NCBI GenBank assembly: GCA_965235115.1
Contig: OZ249436.1
Span: forward strand, 50,284,001-50,348,000
From: Laetmonice hystrix
Lineage: Eukaryota
Direction of reading: 5' to 3'
Length of the DNA stretch: 64,000 bases
Made by a program: the position numbers and the translations under genes. Below are positions 26,053 to 40,580 of the stretch, one piece after another. A model generated the notes under the pieces. It saw only the letters and a program-made list of their open reading frames with translations. It was not told the DNA's origin and did no database searches. Each line of letters opens with the position of its first letter. The first letter of the stretch is position 1.

Positions 26053-26221
26053 CAGCCTGCCAGGCGCTCATTGAAAGAACTCAGATTGACAGGTGATCAT
26101 TGTCCAGAGCACAGCCTGCCAGGTGATCATTGTCCAGAGCACAGCCTACCAGGCGCTCATTTCAACAGCTCAGCGTGCCAGGCGCTTATTGCAAGAGCAC
26201 AGCCTGCCAGGCGCTCATTGT
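26053..26221. repeat. Degenerate 30-bp tandem repeat, about 6 copies
   Basis: cagcctgccaggYgMtcattgtccagagca-like units. Confidence 0.85.
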
Positions 26222-29200
26222 ACAGTTTTGTTCATAACAGTTACAACTTGGACAATCGTATAGGAAATCTTATCTAGATGAATCAGGGCCGAGGGCTGGG
26301 GATCTATCCTGTTCTTCCTTTACGCTACAGTCATTTTAATGTTTGTCAATGTATCACTTGTATTTTGGTTCTCTGCCTTGGATGAATACAGACGCGATGT
26401 CTAAATTTGGAAGGTCATATTACTCGACTCGCATGCTTGATCTAATAGGTGTTTATGAAGTCTCTGTTCAGAACCTCACTTGGGTAATTCCGTTCTGAGG
26501 GTTGTTCTGAGGATAAATTTTCGCATTATGCTATTTGCTCACACATGACTATACCCTTAGATCCCCCCTCCTTCCTTTTGAAAGCCAAAGTAACTAATCA
26601 CCAAAACATAAAGCGCAGCGTGGCACATCCCTTAGTGACCAATTCGGTGTATGTACAAGTATAAAAGCATCAAAGCTTAAGGTTTGAATTCAGACATTAA
26701 CCATGTCAGGAGATGTGAATCACTGCTCCACTGGTTAAACAGTAAGTTACTTCCGCCAAACAAGCCTTTCTGACTGGCAGATCTGGAGTGGGGTGTAACA
26801 GAGCAGGACATCTATTCAACCCCTCCTGCTCTGTTTTCTGGCCAGTGGAGGAGCGGTTCATTCAACCCCCTTCTCAGGCCACCTGCGCCCGACGCCTTAG
26901 CCAATCCCACCGAAGCCCAGCAGATCAAAGCTGGATGTTAGAGGATAGCAGATGCTGGCTCCAGTCCAGTCAAGGTCGCCGGGCTAATTGTGGCTGCCAA
27001 CAGTGTCGCGAGACATGGTGGCGCGGAGTGGAACCTTGAAAGTCTCCACCAGACCAGTTGTGACATCGTTCAAACTAAACTATTTACAGTTTCTAAGTGA
27101 ATCCATTTACGTGGAGCATTTATGTAAAACACAACGGTTCAGTTGTAAGATTGGGGGAACGACAAGATAAAGGTTCAGCAAGTTGTGTGATTATAAATGT
27201 TAGTTAACTCCATGGGCTGCGGGGTGACGTGGCCAACAGTTTTAAACACCACAGGGTAGCAATTCTACCAAACCATGTCTTTTATGAAGTTAAACAAATG
27301 CAATATAACTGCACTCCAATACTATATTGCAGGTTATGGATCAGGAGATGACCCTTGGCAACATTAACATGTAGTACCTACACGGCATACCCACATGTTG
27401 ACCTTTGTGTGAAGATGGCAGAATTTGGAGGATTCACTCAATAACTCATAAGCTAATGGTAATTTGGCGACGGCTAAGTATTCCCTAACCTTATCATGCA
27501 ATATGGAACAGGCCTCTTGCGCCGTCTGTCTCGATGACGTAGCTGTGGTCGGCCTTACGTCATTCAAATGACCACCCGGCTGCCGGATGGTGCTCTCCCC
27601 ACATAGTCACCACCCAGACTGTACTCGGTGACCCCAATCATCTTTCTTGGCAGGCTGTTAAGGACAAAACTCTCTAGGCTCTGGGGTACAGTCGAATCCT
27701 ACTAAAGCACTTTCCTAAGTGTTCCAGTTGGACAACAAACGTGTAGCACGCTGTGAGCGACAGCTTCTTGTCGAACACTGAGGTGAGGATTTTGTTTGAT
27801 GAGGCGTCAGCATAGTTAAACAAAGAAAGGAAGAAGAGTATCCCACAGCCAGGGATGGCAGGAACCGTAAGACCTACTCATTTCTATCTGGTCCCTTTTA
27901 TTTTGGACACAGTTAACGTCCAATGGTCTTGTCCTTGAACGAAAGTACATACCATTTCTAAATCAGGTTCGACGCAGAAAAATATCCATCAAATAGGAAG
28001 TTGAAATATAACGAATTCTCTAGTCTGTAGAACAGTAAACTGGCAATTATTCTACAATTTGTCATGGGGTTTTATTCCTTAATATTAGCGTCTCTGCCTT
28101 CTATGATGTTGCCTATAAATGACATCTTTCGGCTCTCAATCCTCGCCAGTCTATGGTGTGATCCACTGGCGGGTTCGATGCGGTCTGGTGTCTGAAGTTA
28201 CATATTATTACACCACGGAGTCAAATTCACCCATCTGATATAGATCTATGACGTAGGCCTAGAATTATAATAAATGAAAATGATTAATCCTGTCTACCTT
28301 CTCCCTACATATCTCACGCCGATTACAATCGATATGGGGATGACCTAAGTAGCAATACCTGCAGTCAGATGACGCTGTGCCATCCCATCCCGACACACCC
28401 CAGCGACATCTATCGGATGGCCTCGGGAACTTTCCCCTCTGTGTAATTGACTGGTCGCTGCAGGTGTTGTCCAGCCCTCCAGGCAAGGCCAGATGCTGGA
28501 GAAATCAAAGGCCATGCCAGGTCCCTGGTACCCCCCCCACCCCCACCCGTCCTCCGGCCCGCACGAACCCTAGACTGAGTCCACCTCCCACCACCGTTTG
28601 AACCTTACCGACGGCTAGTTGTTAGGGAAACAGCTGGGTTCGTATCCATTGTAAACAAACCTTTTGCCATAGCAACACGTTATACTAGCAGGGGTGGGCC
28701 CCCGACAAACGATGACCATGTTTGCGTTGGCATGGAAACGGTTGTACGTTGTCGTTGACAACGGCTGCCTGGACCAGTCGAATAACAGGCACTGACAACA
28801 AATAACAGTTTTGTAACGTCAGCAATACTAACGTTCTGCTGAATCTGCTCAAAGCTCAAAGTACTTGGCATGAGGCGACGAGTGAACAACTTCTGATTTC
28901 TCTCCGTACATTTGGTGAGGACGATTGCTCACATAGATTTTCTTTTAATCTATAACCTGACCCTAACAGGTGGAATCTAATACAGGCGCATTGTTTTACT
29001 ATGTGACAGACCACATAGAAACTCGCTTTTAATGGATCCCATCACTCCACAGCAGGTATCAATGGCTGAACCTGAGCTCGTGTGTGCCCCTCTTCTCTTC
29101 ACTTTAATCATAAACAGAGGTCACCGTCTACTCCGGTCAACATGCCACTCAGCCCGGTAGTCAAAGAACAAGAGATCAGTTTACTTACAATCATTCCTAG

Positions 29201-29224
29201 GAGTAATTCTAACTAATGACCCTG

Positions 29225-29650
29225 ACCCTCACAAGCCACCACGCCTGGTCACAGTGGACCCTCACAAGCCACCACGCCTGGTCACAGTGGACCCTCACAA
29301 GCCACCACGCCTGGTCACAGTGGACTCTCACAAGCCACCACGCCTGGTCACAGTGGACCCTCACAAGCCACCACGCCTGGTCACAGTGGACCCTCACAAG
29401 CCACCACGCCTGGTCACAGTGGACCCTCACAAGCCACCACGCCTGGCCACAGTGGACCCTCACAAGCCACCACGCCTGGTCACAGTGGACCCTCACAAGC
29501 CACCACGCCTGGTCACAGTGGACCCTCACAAGCCACCACGCCTGGTCACAGTGGACTCTCACAAGCCACCACGCCTGGTCACAGTGGACCCTCACAAGCC
29601 ACCACGCCTGGTCACAGTGGACCCTCACAAGCCACCACGCCTGGCCACAT
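29225..29650. repeat. Minisatellite, 33-bp unit, about 13 copies
   Basis: Unit gaccctcacaagccaccacgcctggtcacagtg. Confidence 0.98.
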
Positions 29651-30168
29651 GTGACACTTCCTGTGACAAGTGAATCCTTTCCCTGCATGACAAATTAATG
29701 ACATTGTACGAGGGTTGATCCTACGTTTGGGGCAGGAGTCGGCTGACTTTGATGTGATCTGTTTTGGCGTCAAGAGTTGCATATTAAAGTGTGCACCAGG
29801 CTGCCTTGCAATGGGCAGTTAACAGTATTGGTCCCCATGGAAGGTGCCAGACAGTCCAAGGGGCTCGACACTTCCTTTGCTAATGACATGACGTGTATTT
29901 TGGTGATTGCGGGTGCACATATATACAGTGCTCATCACGTAAGCACGGACACGGACCTGCACGGATAACCATATATATATTCTCATGTTTCAAGTGTCCG
30001 TGACGGTGATGATGGTAACAAGGCCCCTATCATTGCGTGGCCTCCGACCACTATCAGCTTAATAACTGACATGCATGCCAGTATCGAGCCCCCCTGGCGC
30101 CCGTCATCAGTATTAATATGATAAAACTGGGAGGATGGAGAAAACCCAGGTAGGGTATCGGTACAGGT

Positions 30169-32706
30169 CTACCCGTACCGACTGACACCTGCCGCACACG
30201 GTACCTACCTCTACCGAGTGAAACCTGCCGCACACGGTACCTACCTCTACCGAGTGAAACCTGCCGCACACGGTACCTACCTGTACCGAGTGACACCTGC
30301 CGCACACGGTACCTACCTGTACCGAGTGACACCTGCCGCACACGGTACCTACCTGTACCGAGTGAAACCTGCCGCACACGGTACCTACCCGTACCGAGTG
30401 ACACCTGCCGCACACGGTACCTACCCGTACCGAGTGACACCTGCCGCACACGGTACCTACCCGTACCGAGTGACACCTCACCTGCCGCACACGGTACCTA
30501 CCCGTACCGAGTGACACCTGCCGCACACGGTACCTACCCGTACCGAGTGACATTTCACCTGCCGCACACGGTACCTACCCGTACCGAGTGACATTTCACC
30601 TGCCGCACACGGTACCTACCCGTACCGAGTGACACCTCACCTGCCGCACACGGTACCTGCCCGTACCGAGTGACACCTCACCTGCCGCACACGGTACCTA
30701 CCCGTACCGAGTGACAGCTCACCTGCCGCACACGGTACCTACCCGTACCGAGTGACACCTGCCGCACACGGTACCTGCCCGTACCGAGTGACACCTGCCG
30801 CACACGGTACCTACCCGTACCGAGTGACACCTGCCGCACACGGTACCTACCCGTACCGAGTGACACCTGCCGCACACGGTACCTACCCGTACCGAGTGAC
30901 ACCTCACCTGCCGCACACGGTACCTACCCGTACCGAGTGACATTTCACCTGCCGCACACGGTACCTACCCGTACCGAGTGACACCTGCCGCACACGGTAC
31001 CTACCCGTACCGAGTGACACCTCACCTGCCGCACACGGTACCTACCTGTACCGAGTGACACCTGCCGCACACGGTACCTACCCGTACCGAGTGACACATC
31101 ACCTGCCGCACACGGTACCTACCTGTACCGAGTGAAACCTGCCGCACACGGTACCTACCCGTACCGAGTGACACCTGCCGCACACGGTACCTACCTGTAC
31201 CGAGTGAAACCTGCCGCACACGGTACCTACCCGTACCGAGTGACACCTGCCGCACACGGTACCTACCCGTACCGAGTGACACCTGCCGCACACGGTACCT
31301 ACCCGTACCGAGTGACACCTCACCTGCCGCACACGGTACCTACCTGTACCGAGTGACACCTGCCGCACACGGTACCTACCCGTACCGAGTGACATTTCAC
31401 CTGCCGCACACGGTACCTACCCGTACCGAGTGACATTTCACCTGCCGCACACGGTACCTACCCGTACCGAGTGACACCTCACCTGCCGCACACGGTACCT
31501 ACCCGTACCGAGTGACACCTCACCTGCCGCACACGGTACCTACCCGTACCGAGTGACACCTCACCTGCCGCACACGGTACCTACCCGTACCGAGTGACAC
31601 CTGCCGCACACGGTACCTACCCGTACCGAGTGACACCTCACCTGCCGCACACGGTACCTGCCCGTACCGAGTGACAGCTCACCTGCCGCACACGGTACCT
31701 ACCCGTACCGAGTGACACCTGCCGCACACGGTACCTGCCCGTACCGAGTGACACCTGCCGCACACGGTACCTACCCGTACCGAGTGACACCTGCCGCACA
31801 CGGTACCTACCCGTACCGAGTGACACCTGACGCACACGGTACCTACCCGTACCGAGTGACACCTGCCGCACACGGTACCTACCCGTACCGAGTGACATTT
31901 CACCTGCCGCACACGGTACCTACCTGTACCGAGTGACACCTGCCGCACACGGTACCTACCTGTACCGAGTGACACGTCACCTGCCGCACACGGTACCTAC
32001 CCGTACCGAGTGACACCTGCCGCACACGGTACCTGCCCGTACCGAGTGACACCTGCCGCACACGGTACCTGCCCGTACCGAGTGACACCTGCCGCACACG
32101 GTACCTACCCGTACCGAGTGACACCTGCCGCACACGGTACCTACCCGTACCGAGTGACATTTCACCTGCCGCACACGGTACCTGCCCGTACCGAGTGACA
32201 TTTCACCTGCCGCACACGGTACCTACCCGTACCGAGTGACACCTCACCTGCCGCACACGGTACCTACCCGTACCGAGTGACACCTGCCGCACACGGTACC
32301 TACCCGTACCGAGTGACACCTGCCGCACACGGTACCTACCCGTACCGAGTGACACCTCACCTGCCGCACACGGTACCTACCCGTACCGAGTGACACCTGC
32401 CGCACACGGTACCTACCCGTACCGAGTGACACCTCACCTGCCGCACACGGTACCTACCCGTACCGAGTGACACCTGCCGCACACGGTACCTACCTGTACC
32501 GAGTGACACCTGCCGCACACGGTACCTACCTGTACCGAGTGACACGTCACCTGCCGCACACGGTACCTACCCGTACCGAGTGACACCTGCCGCACACGGT
32601 ACCTACCCGTACCGAGTGACAGCTCACCTGCCGCACACGGTACCTACCCGTACCGAGTGACACCTGCCGCACACGGTACCTACCCGTACCGAGTGACAGT
32701 TCACCT
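30169..32706. repeat. Minisatellite, 36/41-bp units, roughly 65-70 copies
   Basis: Unit cacctgccgcacacggtacctacccgtaccgagtga(cacct/cattt/cagct/cacgt). Confidence 0.99.
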
Positions 32707-33277
32707 GTTTCTGAACGGCTGCCACTGTCGCGGGGGCCGCCGCCATACCCTTAGAACCCTCTAGTCTCGCACCTTCAGTCACACATCACGGCACCCATTT
32801 CTTGTAGAGTTTTCTTTCATGCAGAGTAAGCCTACATCGAACATATCTGGAGCATTTATTTAAAAAATAGCAAATACTGTGCATGAATGCATTATGTCTG
32901 TCTATATCTTTCTGTAGTACTCAGACCAATCGTTCAGGTGGTGTTAACATTCAGTATGCATGGATGTCTACCTGAATAGGAACTTGGTATTAATATGGTT
33001 GTTTCTAGTAACCTGCTGTGTACAACCTTCTAGATAATATAAAGTAAGTTTTCCTCATCTTGCTTAAAACGACAATACGCGGAGTTTGTCTGCATGAGCC
33101 GAGCAACGTTCCATTATAACTCAGAGAAAAATCACAATAAGAAAAATTAAAAAAAATACTTCTAATACAAACTACTGAAGCGTCACTGCCGCTATTGCGG
33201 TGCTGTAGACTGATCATGTAAACAATGTCCTCATGATTTAGGGAACGAAAGATGGTCTATAAGTCATGGTAACTTAA

Positions 33278-34139
33278 AGGAGAAGACCAGTCAAATCACA
33301 TTTGGACAGCTGCAAGGCCTCTATATATACTCACCTTTCAGAGTAGTGGTTGGAAATAAATGTCCCCCTATTCCAAGAAGTCATATATTGAACATGACAA
33401 CCGTGTCAAAATCACTGGCTTCAGCAGCGCAGCCATTTGTTGCTATTGGGCTGACCGGAAGTGACGTTCCAGGGCTAATCTTTTGCATGCCAGGGCTAGG
33501 CTATACTAGGCTAAACGGCAGCCGAGGCGGGTGGCAAATCGACGGGGGTCAGTCCCACAGTCACAGTCACAACTAAACGCAGCAGGTCTGTACTGACCAT
33601 GCTGACACTGCCATTGCTCGCGGTCGTAGTCAGAGTGGCGCCGGGCCTCAGAGGCCAGAGCTCCCGTCAACATCCCACGCATGCACGAATCCAAGTGGGA
33701 CGAATGCAGGCGGCCGAAACCCACGGCTGCCCAGATCCGTGTCCACCCTGATATGTCCCCTGACATCGGTAGGCTTTTCCTAGCCATTCCTCATCACTAT
33801 CGATGGTTTTCGTCTATGTTCTAACAAATTTTGCTTATAAGCTGTCAACGTTCGCTGCCTTCCGAATCGATCAACGCAACAGGTGCGTCAGCTTTCAGTT
33901 CCTCCCAAACTGGGGAGCAGTCGTGCTGCGCATGCTCGCCTAGGGCGAGCATGCGCACTTTGAGAATAGCCCAAGGAATGGCGGCCTTCACCAGCTGAGC
34001 AGGTTGTAAGAAGCCTCCGGCACTAAAGTGCCTATATCTTAACCATCTGAGCACCAATTGTGTTCAAATATTTTTTAACTTGCTTAGAATATCACGGCAT
34101 GTGTGCCTGGCCTATACAGACTAGCGATGGTCTTTTCTT
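33278..34139. mobile_element. Non-autonomous Kolobok-like DNA transposon, 862 bp
   Basis: TTAA on both sides (33274-33277, 34140-34143); TIR AGGAGAAGACCA / TGGTCTTTTCTT (10/12). Purine-purine termini with a TTAA target fit Kolobok rather than piggyBac. Confidence 0.6.
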
Positions 34140-37100
34140 TTAAACCCCACGAAATTTGGATATTTTTCTCCTGGTACTTTCAGCCATATATCCTGGTTCT
34201 CTTTAGATGGACCGCCATGGTTTGACCTAAGCTGAGCCATTCATAAGTATTACCAATACAAACTACATGTACTACCAATTGAAGCCGTCAGATTGCTATA
34301 TACCGCTTTTATCCCGGAATGCCACAGAATTGTATTACTCCTTTGTCACTGCTCTATAGTCTGCAAATCTACTAGAAAACATCAAATATCCGAGCAATGA
34401 CACGTAGATAAAATGGAAAATGTTAATTATTGTAAAATGGTTATTTCCCGCATTAATCAGGTAATCGCCGCCTCGCGGGCCTAGAGTAATCATGTGTTAG
34501 ATGAAGACACCTTATTGTACTATCAATAACAATTAAACATTGTAGAAATCAATGTCACTCGATGCTGGGGCTGATGACACAACGGGAAAAAGGATGAATG
34601 CAATCTTGCGCGAGCCTCTGTATATTTGTATCGTTCTCATCAACAATAATTATCCTGGAATTAGGAGGAAGTTGTACTGTCTATGGACAACGTAGTAAGA
34701 TGTTTCTTCACAGCAAATCATTCTGTATTTCTATGGGAAGAACATCAGGTTTAATTAGTATACTCTAATCAATCAGTCTTTTTCATTCCTGATCACTTTT
34801 ATCTGCTATGAATGATATTTTCTATGTGTCCTCATTTAAGATGGATATGGCAGGAATGATTCCATGCATCCCGGTTAAACCACAATCTATACATGAACAT
34901 TTTCTTGAATACTTTAACTTTAACTTTAGATAACTTTAACGTTTATATCCCCTGGCACCATCTACTGGATGGTATATGGGGTGGGGGTGGGGGGTGGGGG
35001 GTGGGGAGAATTGAACCAATCTTCCCTTGATTCTTGACTCATGACTTTGACACACCCATTTTTACATGCTACTTACACTGAGTGGCCTGGCTCTAACCGA
35101 CTCTCAAATCGTGACACCCTCATTCTTCATGTCGCGAAGTTTCTCCCACGACAAGAGTCATCTGAGACGCCTTTAAACGACCATCAGTCCTGGCAGTAAG
35201 CGATGACTAATCACGACAAATTAACGGCTTGCGACTCACGCCGCCACCCTCAAGTACCTCAGCGGCCTGTCTGCCCAAACTCGACCAACGACTCTTGGCC
35301 ATCTGTGGCGACGGCGCCCTGAAATCTGGCGACACAAGGGTGGTGATGCGTATTAGTGCTGGCGCCCAAAACGTTTACATTTCCCGCCTTTGAACAATCG
35401 TACAACTTTATACAGTCAGTGGAAGGGAAGGGCGACCGCGTTTACTCCGCGCCGATGTGTTCACAACCTTGGGCCCGAGCACCTGGCTCTTGGCTCGAGC
35501 CATTCTATCTAGCCATTCGTACTTTTTACACATGGCCAACACGCCAATACAGACTTTATATTAAAATCTTCATCTTTAGAAGATGATGTTGGTTAACTTT
35601 ACGCATGAATTCTCCGAAATATAATATTAATGATGAACAAACAACAATATCTCGGGGAGGAAGATTAATGTTTGAGACGAGTTCAAACACTACCAGATAA
35701 AACGATAGTTCTAAAGCGAAGAGTTGCGCTTTCATGAAAAAAATCTCATGTTTGTCACACTACAGTAAGAATGTGGGATTCTCCTCTTTAAGACATCCTT
35801 ATTATGAACAGTATAGTGGACCACTCAGCCGGGGCCTGGTGTTTCTGACCGGAGGGGGATTGTACTCAGTATGTTGGCAAGCAGAAAACTTCCAGGGGAT
35901 GGGGTGCAGGGTGATAAATAATTCAGAGGCCAGTTGGAGATTTCACACCCGTCATTGGGGTACAAAGCAGTCACAAAGGGTGCCATGTCAAGATGTATGC
36001 TGGCGGAGAATCAATAAACCAGTCCACTACTACAATCGTGTTTCACAGGACGTTAAGATCACGAGATCTTACCAATATCGTGCAGCAGGTGAAGGTAACA
36101 GCAACCATGGCCAAGGTCGTCTTCATCAGAACGGCCTTTCATCTATCAAAAAGATGCCATACCTGCAGCCTGAGTCTATGAGCCGCGTCACGACACGAGT
36201 TATACCTAACCCTCATCACTCTGAATGTATGGTGTATTGGTCAGTCTCGCTTGGTACAAGCAATCCCACCTCATTTTATGTTACTAACTACTGGTTAACA
36301 TGACTTTACCAACTACGAGTATTGATAGAGGACTGCAACAGTGGAATTGCAGTACCAGAGGACTAAGGTTTCTACGGTTATTTTTATGTAAGCCTTATCA
36401 TTAGGTTAACCTTGGATGCCATGGCAGGGGATATGTTGAATGATATCCAACAATATATGTTCACAAGAACGTTCTTTTATATACATTGTATAGATTCAGC
36501 AACTTCGGGTGACAGAACGATGACAAGCTGTAAAGTTAACTCCGTTCAAACCGGAAACGGAAAGTTCCAGAATTGGGTTGGAACCAATAAGTCTCGACCC
36601 TTGTTATTTAAGCCAGAATCCTCTGAATGGAGATTGGTGGCCGATACACGACTGTAAACGTTGACAATGAAACCGGCCGGTTGATGCACACACTGTTGTT
36701 ATCCGACTCGAGTCAGCTAACGTGTACCACACAACACGTCCAACCCACCGTTAGTATGGAGAGCCTATCGATCAGACTACACTGAGGACTTACTGGCGAA
36801 CAAAGCTACCTCCTGCTACCTCCCCAACACCGGCGGCGGCGGAGACAGCGGCACAGGCAGCAACTCGAGATGTTGTCAGAGCAATTACTTCACACGCTCA
36901 CCAAAAGGACCGTTCTGTTACTCTTTGATCAACCCAACAGTCATCTCCTGAAATATGGGCTGCTAACAAGATGGGCTTCAAGTCGAGCACCATCAACATG
37001 CTCACAATGGACTGAGAACCAATTACATGACGTAGTTTGGATGTCAGCCAGAACCTCTCAACCAAACTGCCGTGTGTGTGTCTCTGCCGTCATATCACGT

Positions 37101-40100
37101 CAACCAGGAATCTCAACGCTCATCTCCGAGCCGTCCAATCCGGCTTCATGATTACCATAATCAAAGGAAGATAACGAGAAAATACAAAATGCAATCAAAC
37201 ATTTTAGATATTAGATTGTTTGTCGTGCTATTCACCGACTGCACTACAGGGTCCGCACTATAGACAGATAGCTACTACACGGTTTCTGTTACAGTTGAGG
37301 AAAAAATCGAGTAAAAATTTTACTATTTATTTACTTTTTAATGTGTGTGGAATTTTGATAGCCCCGATTTTGATTAGTACATACAATTTCTTAATCTCTT
37401 TCAGGACCAACTAAGTGTTAATAAAAGCATTGGCTCTTACGCTGCGAGCCACAGTGTACGACTTCTTCATCATGAGGAACAATCACGAGACAATCATGAC
37501 AAAGAATTCTTAAATTTCCATGGGTATCTATTACATTTGTGTGCAGTTTGATATTCTTACAATTTTATTTCTGAGGAAACCTAGCATCACAAGCGCTAAC
37601 AAGAAGGCGATCATCTCTTCGAAGCCCCCCCCCCCTTCCCCCCCCCCTTCCCCCCCCACACACACATTGGCAAACGGTGCTCCTAAAAGTTTCAAGCTAC
37701 ATTGGTGCAAAACGTCCAAAAACGGAGTCTGGTAGCTCTGGTGCTGACAAGGTGCCCCCTGAAGTCGAAGTCGACCGGGTCACCCACCCTTTGGAAATCC
37801 TGGGGACGCCTATGTAGATCTAGGGTCATAATTCAGTAGGTCTGCGAGTTGCGTTGAAAACCTATTGGTAGTAATCAGCTAATGGAGTCTATTAATGGTG
37901 ATGCAATTGGCCTTGATGCTGGCTCTTTGTGTTTGGTGGTTTCCTGGTAAAAGTTCGACAGCAACACCAAAAAGATGGCCACTAACTTTACGCCATGGCG
38001 CGGCCACTGGAGGCCCATACTACAAACCTGCTTCTTGTTTACGGAGATTTTACTATTGTTTAGAAAACTCCCGTAACATTCTAAAGTTTTGAGAGAAACT
38101 TATCAGAATTTACATCCGAGTTAGCCTCCTGCATATTGAGGTGTTGAATTCGCCGTTCATAGAAAAGGATATAACAGTTTGCATAGACTTCATGTCCGTT
38201 CGCAGTCATATCCGTACCAGAAACTCTGCTTCCATAAGATGCCACCCTTGTTGACCTATCGACCCTCCTGGTGACATTGTACGCTGGCTGTGAGATGGTG
38301 AGTCTCTCGGAGTAGGTGACTCAGTCAACCTCCACCTGCGCTCAAACTTCAGCCACGCCTGTCTGCATTACGTCAACACGCAACCTCTCCAATCCTGCCA
38401 TTGATGGAATGAATACAAAATATCCCTGTCCACAATCCTCGAGACAGCATGTTTGGGGGCAAACATGGCCATGGCTCGGTGATGTTGACACAGCCACCAG
38501 ACCTGTCATCAATAACTTTATTTCCCCCCTCGCTCGCGCACGTGCGTCGGAATGCCTGACGAACTCGACCTAATGCCGAACTCAATCCGTGGTGCCATCG
38601 TAGGCCGGTAGGTGGCGCTAAGATAGGATGAATTCGGAGATTATTTTGTTTGTCGAGGTGGAATCAGAATGCACCGCTGTACTTAAACAGAAAGGTCAAG
38701 TATTTATATGAGGACAGCCTGCAAACCAGGGATATAATCCCTTGTCAAAACCTGATGATCCAATACACGTACATGACGGAATAAATGAATAACATACTAC
38801 ATCGACAGTCACTCTCAGCAAAGAGCAATGAATCGTTTTGGTGCTGTGGCGGCATCCGGTTCATATAGGCCCTAGTATTTAATTATCCCTCCCGTGAAAA
38901 ATAAGAGATTCAATTTTATCAATCGCTGTGTGTTTGAGCTTCTTATTCCCCAGCCCCCGTTACTACTGTAACTGAGGTTTCACTACATCTAGGGAAAAAA
39001 CATTAAAGTTTATGCTAATATTTCAATCTATTTCCTCTTTGTTTCTTGCTTGGATATTGCTTCTGGTGCATGAAATATAACAGTTATATGACCTGGTTCA
39101 TTCCCAGGTATTTGGAAGTCATCTTTCCAATTCCAACCTTAACCATACGATGCTGACCTAATAATTACTTAGCTCACAACTATGACCGTGCAGGAATGAT
39201 AGCTGTTTTTCATTCTCCTACACGAGGAGGTAAGCCCCACAAACCCACGCCAGGCGGGGCCAGGTACGATACTAGGTATACTAGGTGCTCCTATCAACCC
39301 TTGGACAAACTTCGGCCATGTCCTTCAACGCGTCACGCCGTGCTTCATTCAACTGCTTCAAATGATCACTGTTCCCAATAAAACAGCGTCTATACCACTT
39401 TTAGCACTCAGGTCAAACATCATTCCATGTCCATGTCAATATTGATTGCACTCTCCATGGCCTACCACACTCATGTCTGAACTCAGGAGTATGCCCCCAC
39501 ATCTTCAGTCCAGTGGCGCTCCCATACCACCAGCACATTCTGCATGCTTTCTTTGACGGAAAGTAACATTCACTATCTTACAAATTAGATGACTACAACA
39601 TGCACTGATCATGTGTGGTTGCCAACTGTACGTGTGTTAAACCGAATCTAAAAAGAGTGGGTCCTGTGCATAAAATACACGGGCCTCTCCAAGCTTGCAC
39701 CGACCTTCCGCATCACTACCTCATCAAAACTCTGTACAAATTTAACCAGTTCGCATACATTGTTCATGTTTGCTTACTTGACCTCCAGTATACTTCAGGA
39801 TCAAGCACCGTGACATATTTAAGAAATCTGATCCATGGTTATGAAAAATGATCCACTTTGTCTGTGGACTTGGACAACAAGACTTCGGCACATATAATAC
39901 ATGGCGCGAATGTTTGCCTAATGACCTAAAGTACAACAGGCCCATGCTGTAAGCCTAATGTGAGAGCAAATTTATACACGTTTACCCACATATAGGGAGT
40001 CAGTACATTGTTGTTCGTCCTGCCCCATGTTGACATGTCTTAATAATAGTTTTCCATTGACAACAGATTTCTGCTGTAAAATCTCACAAGACTGCACGCT

Positions 40101-40580
40101 TTGCCATGAGAAGTGCACCGTGTTCAGACTGACAGCTAGGGTCCCGCAGTCTCAGATGGTCGTGTAAAATAAAACCCCACTTGCTTGTTAAGCTATCTCT
40201 CCTCTTGGCTGATCACAACGAGATTTCACAGGTTATTTGAGATCTCCTCCGTGGACACCGAAAGAGACCCACTCTCTAGTTGGACCTCACGTCCCCACAG
40301 AACAATTACTGTCCCAGGTATTTTCACGCATGGTTGACATGAACTGTCCCTCGAGTCACACTCATGCTCTCTTCCTCAAACCTGGCGAGAAACTTCAGCG
40401 TTCTTATCAAAGTTTCCACAACAGTGTTGGTCTTATAATTTAAAACGATGCTTTACTTGTCCTTTCCTCTCAACAATCTGACTTATCATGGTCGTTTACA
40501 TCTCCCTCATAGGCCCTAACAAATACGGTAGAGAGATTTTAACTTGATGACAATTTGACATATCACCAGTATGTGTTTAC

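Noticed and set aside
29209..32545. Repetitive ORFs over the 33-bp and 36/41-bp arrays
   Set aside because: Open on both strands and in several frames; artefacts of stop-poor repeat units.
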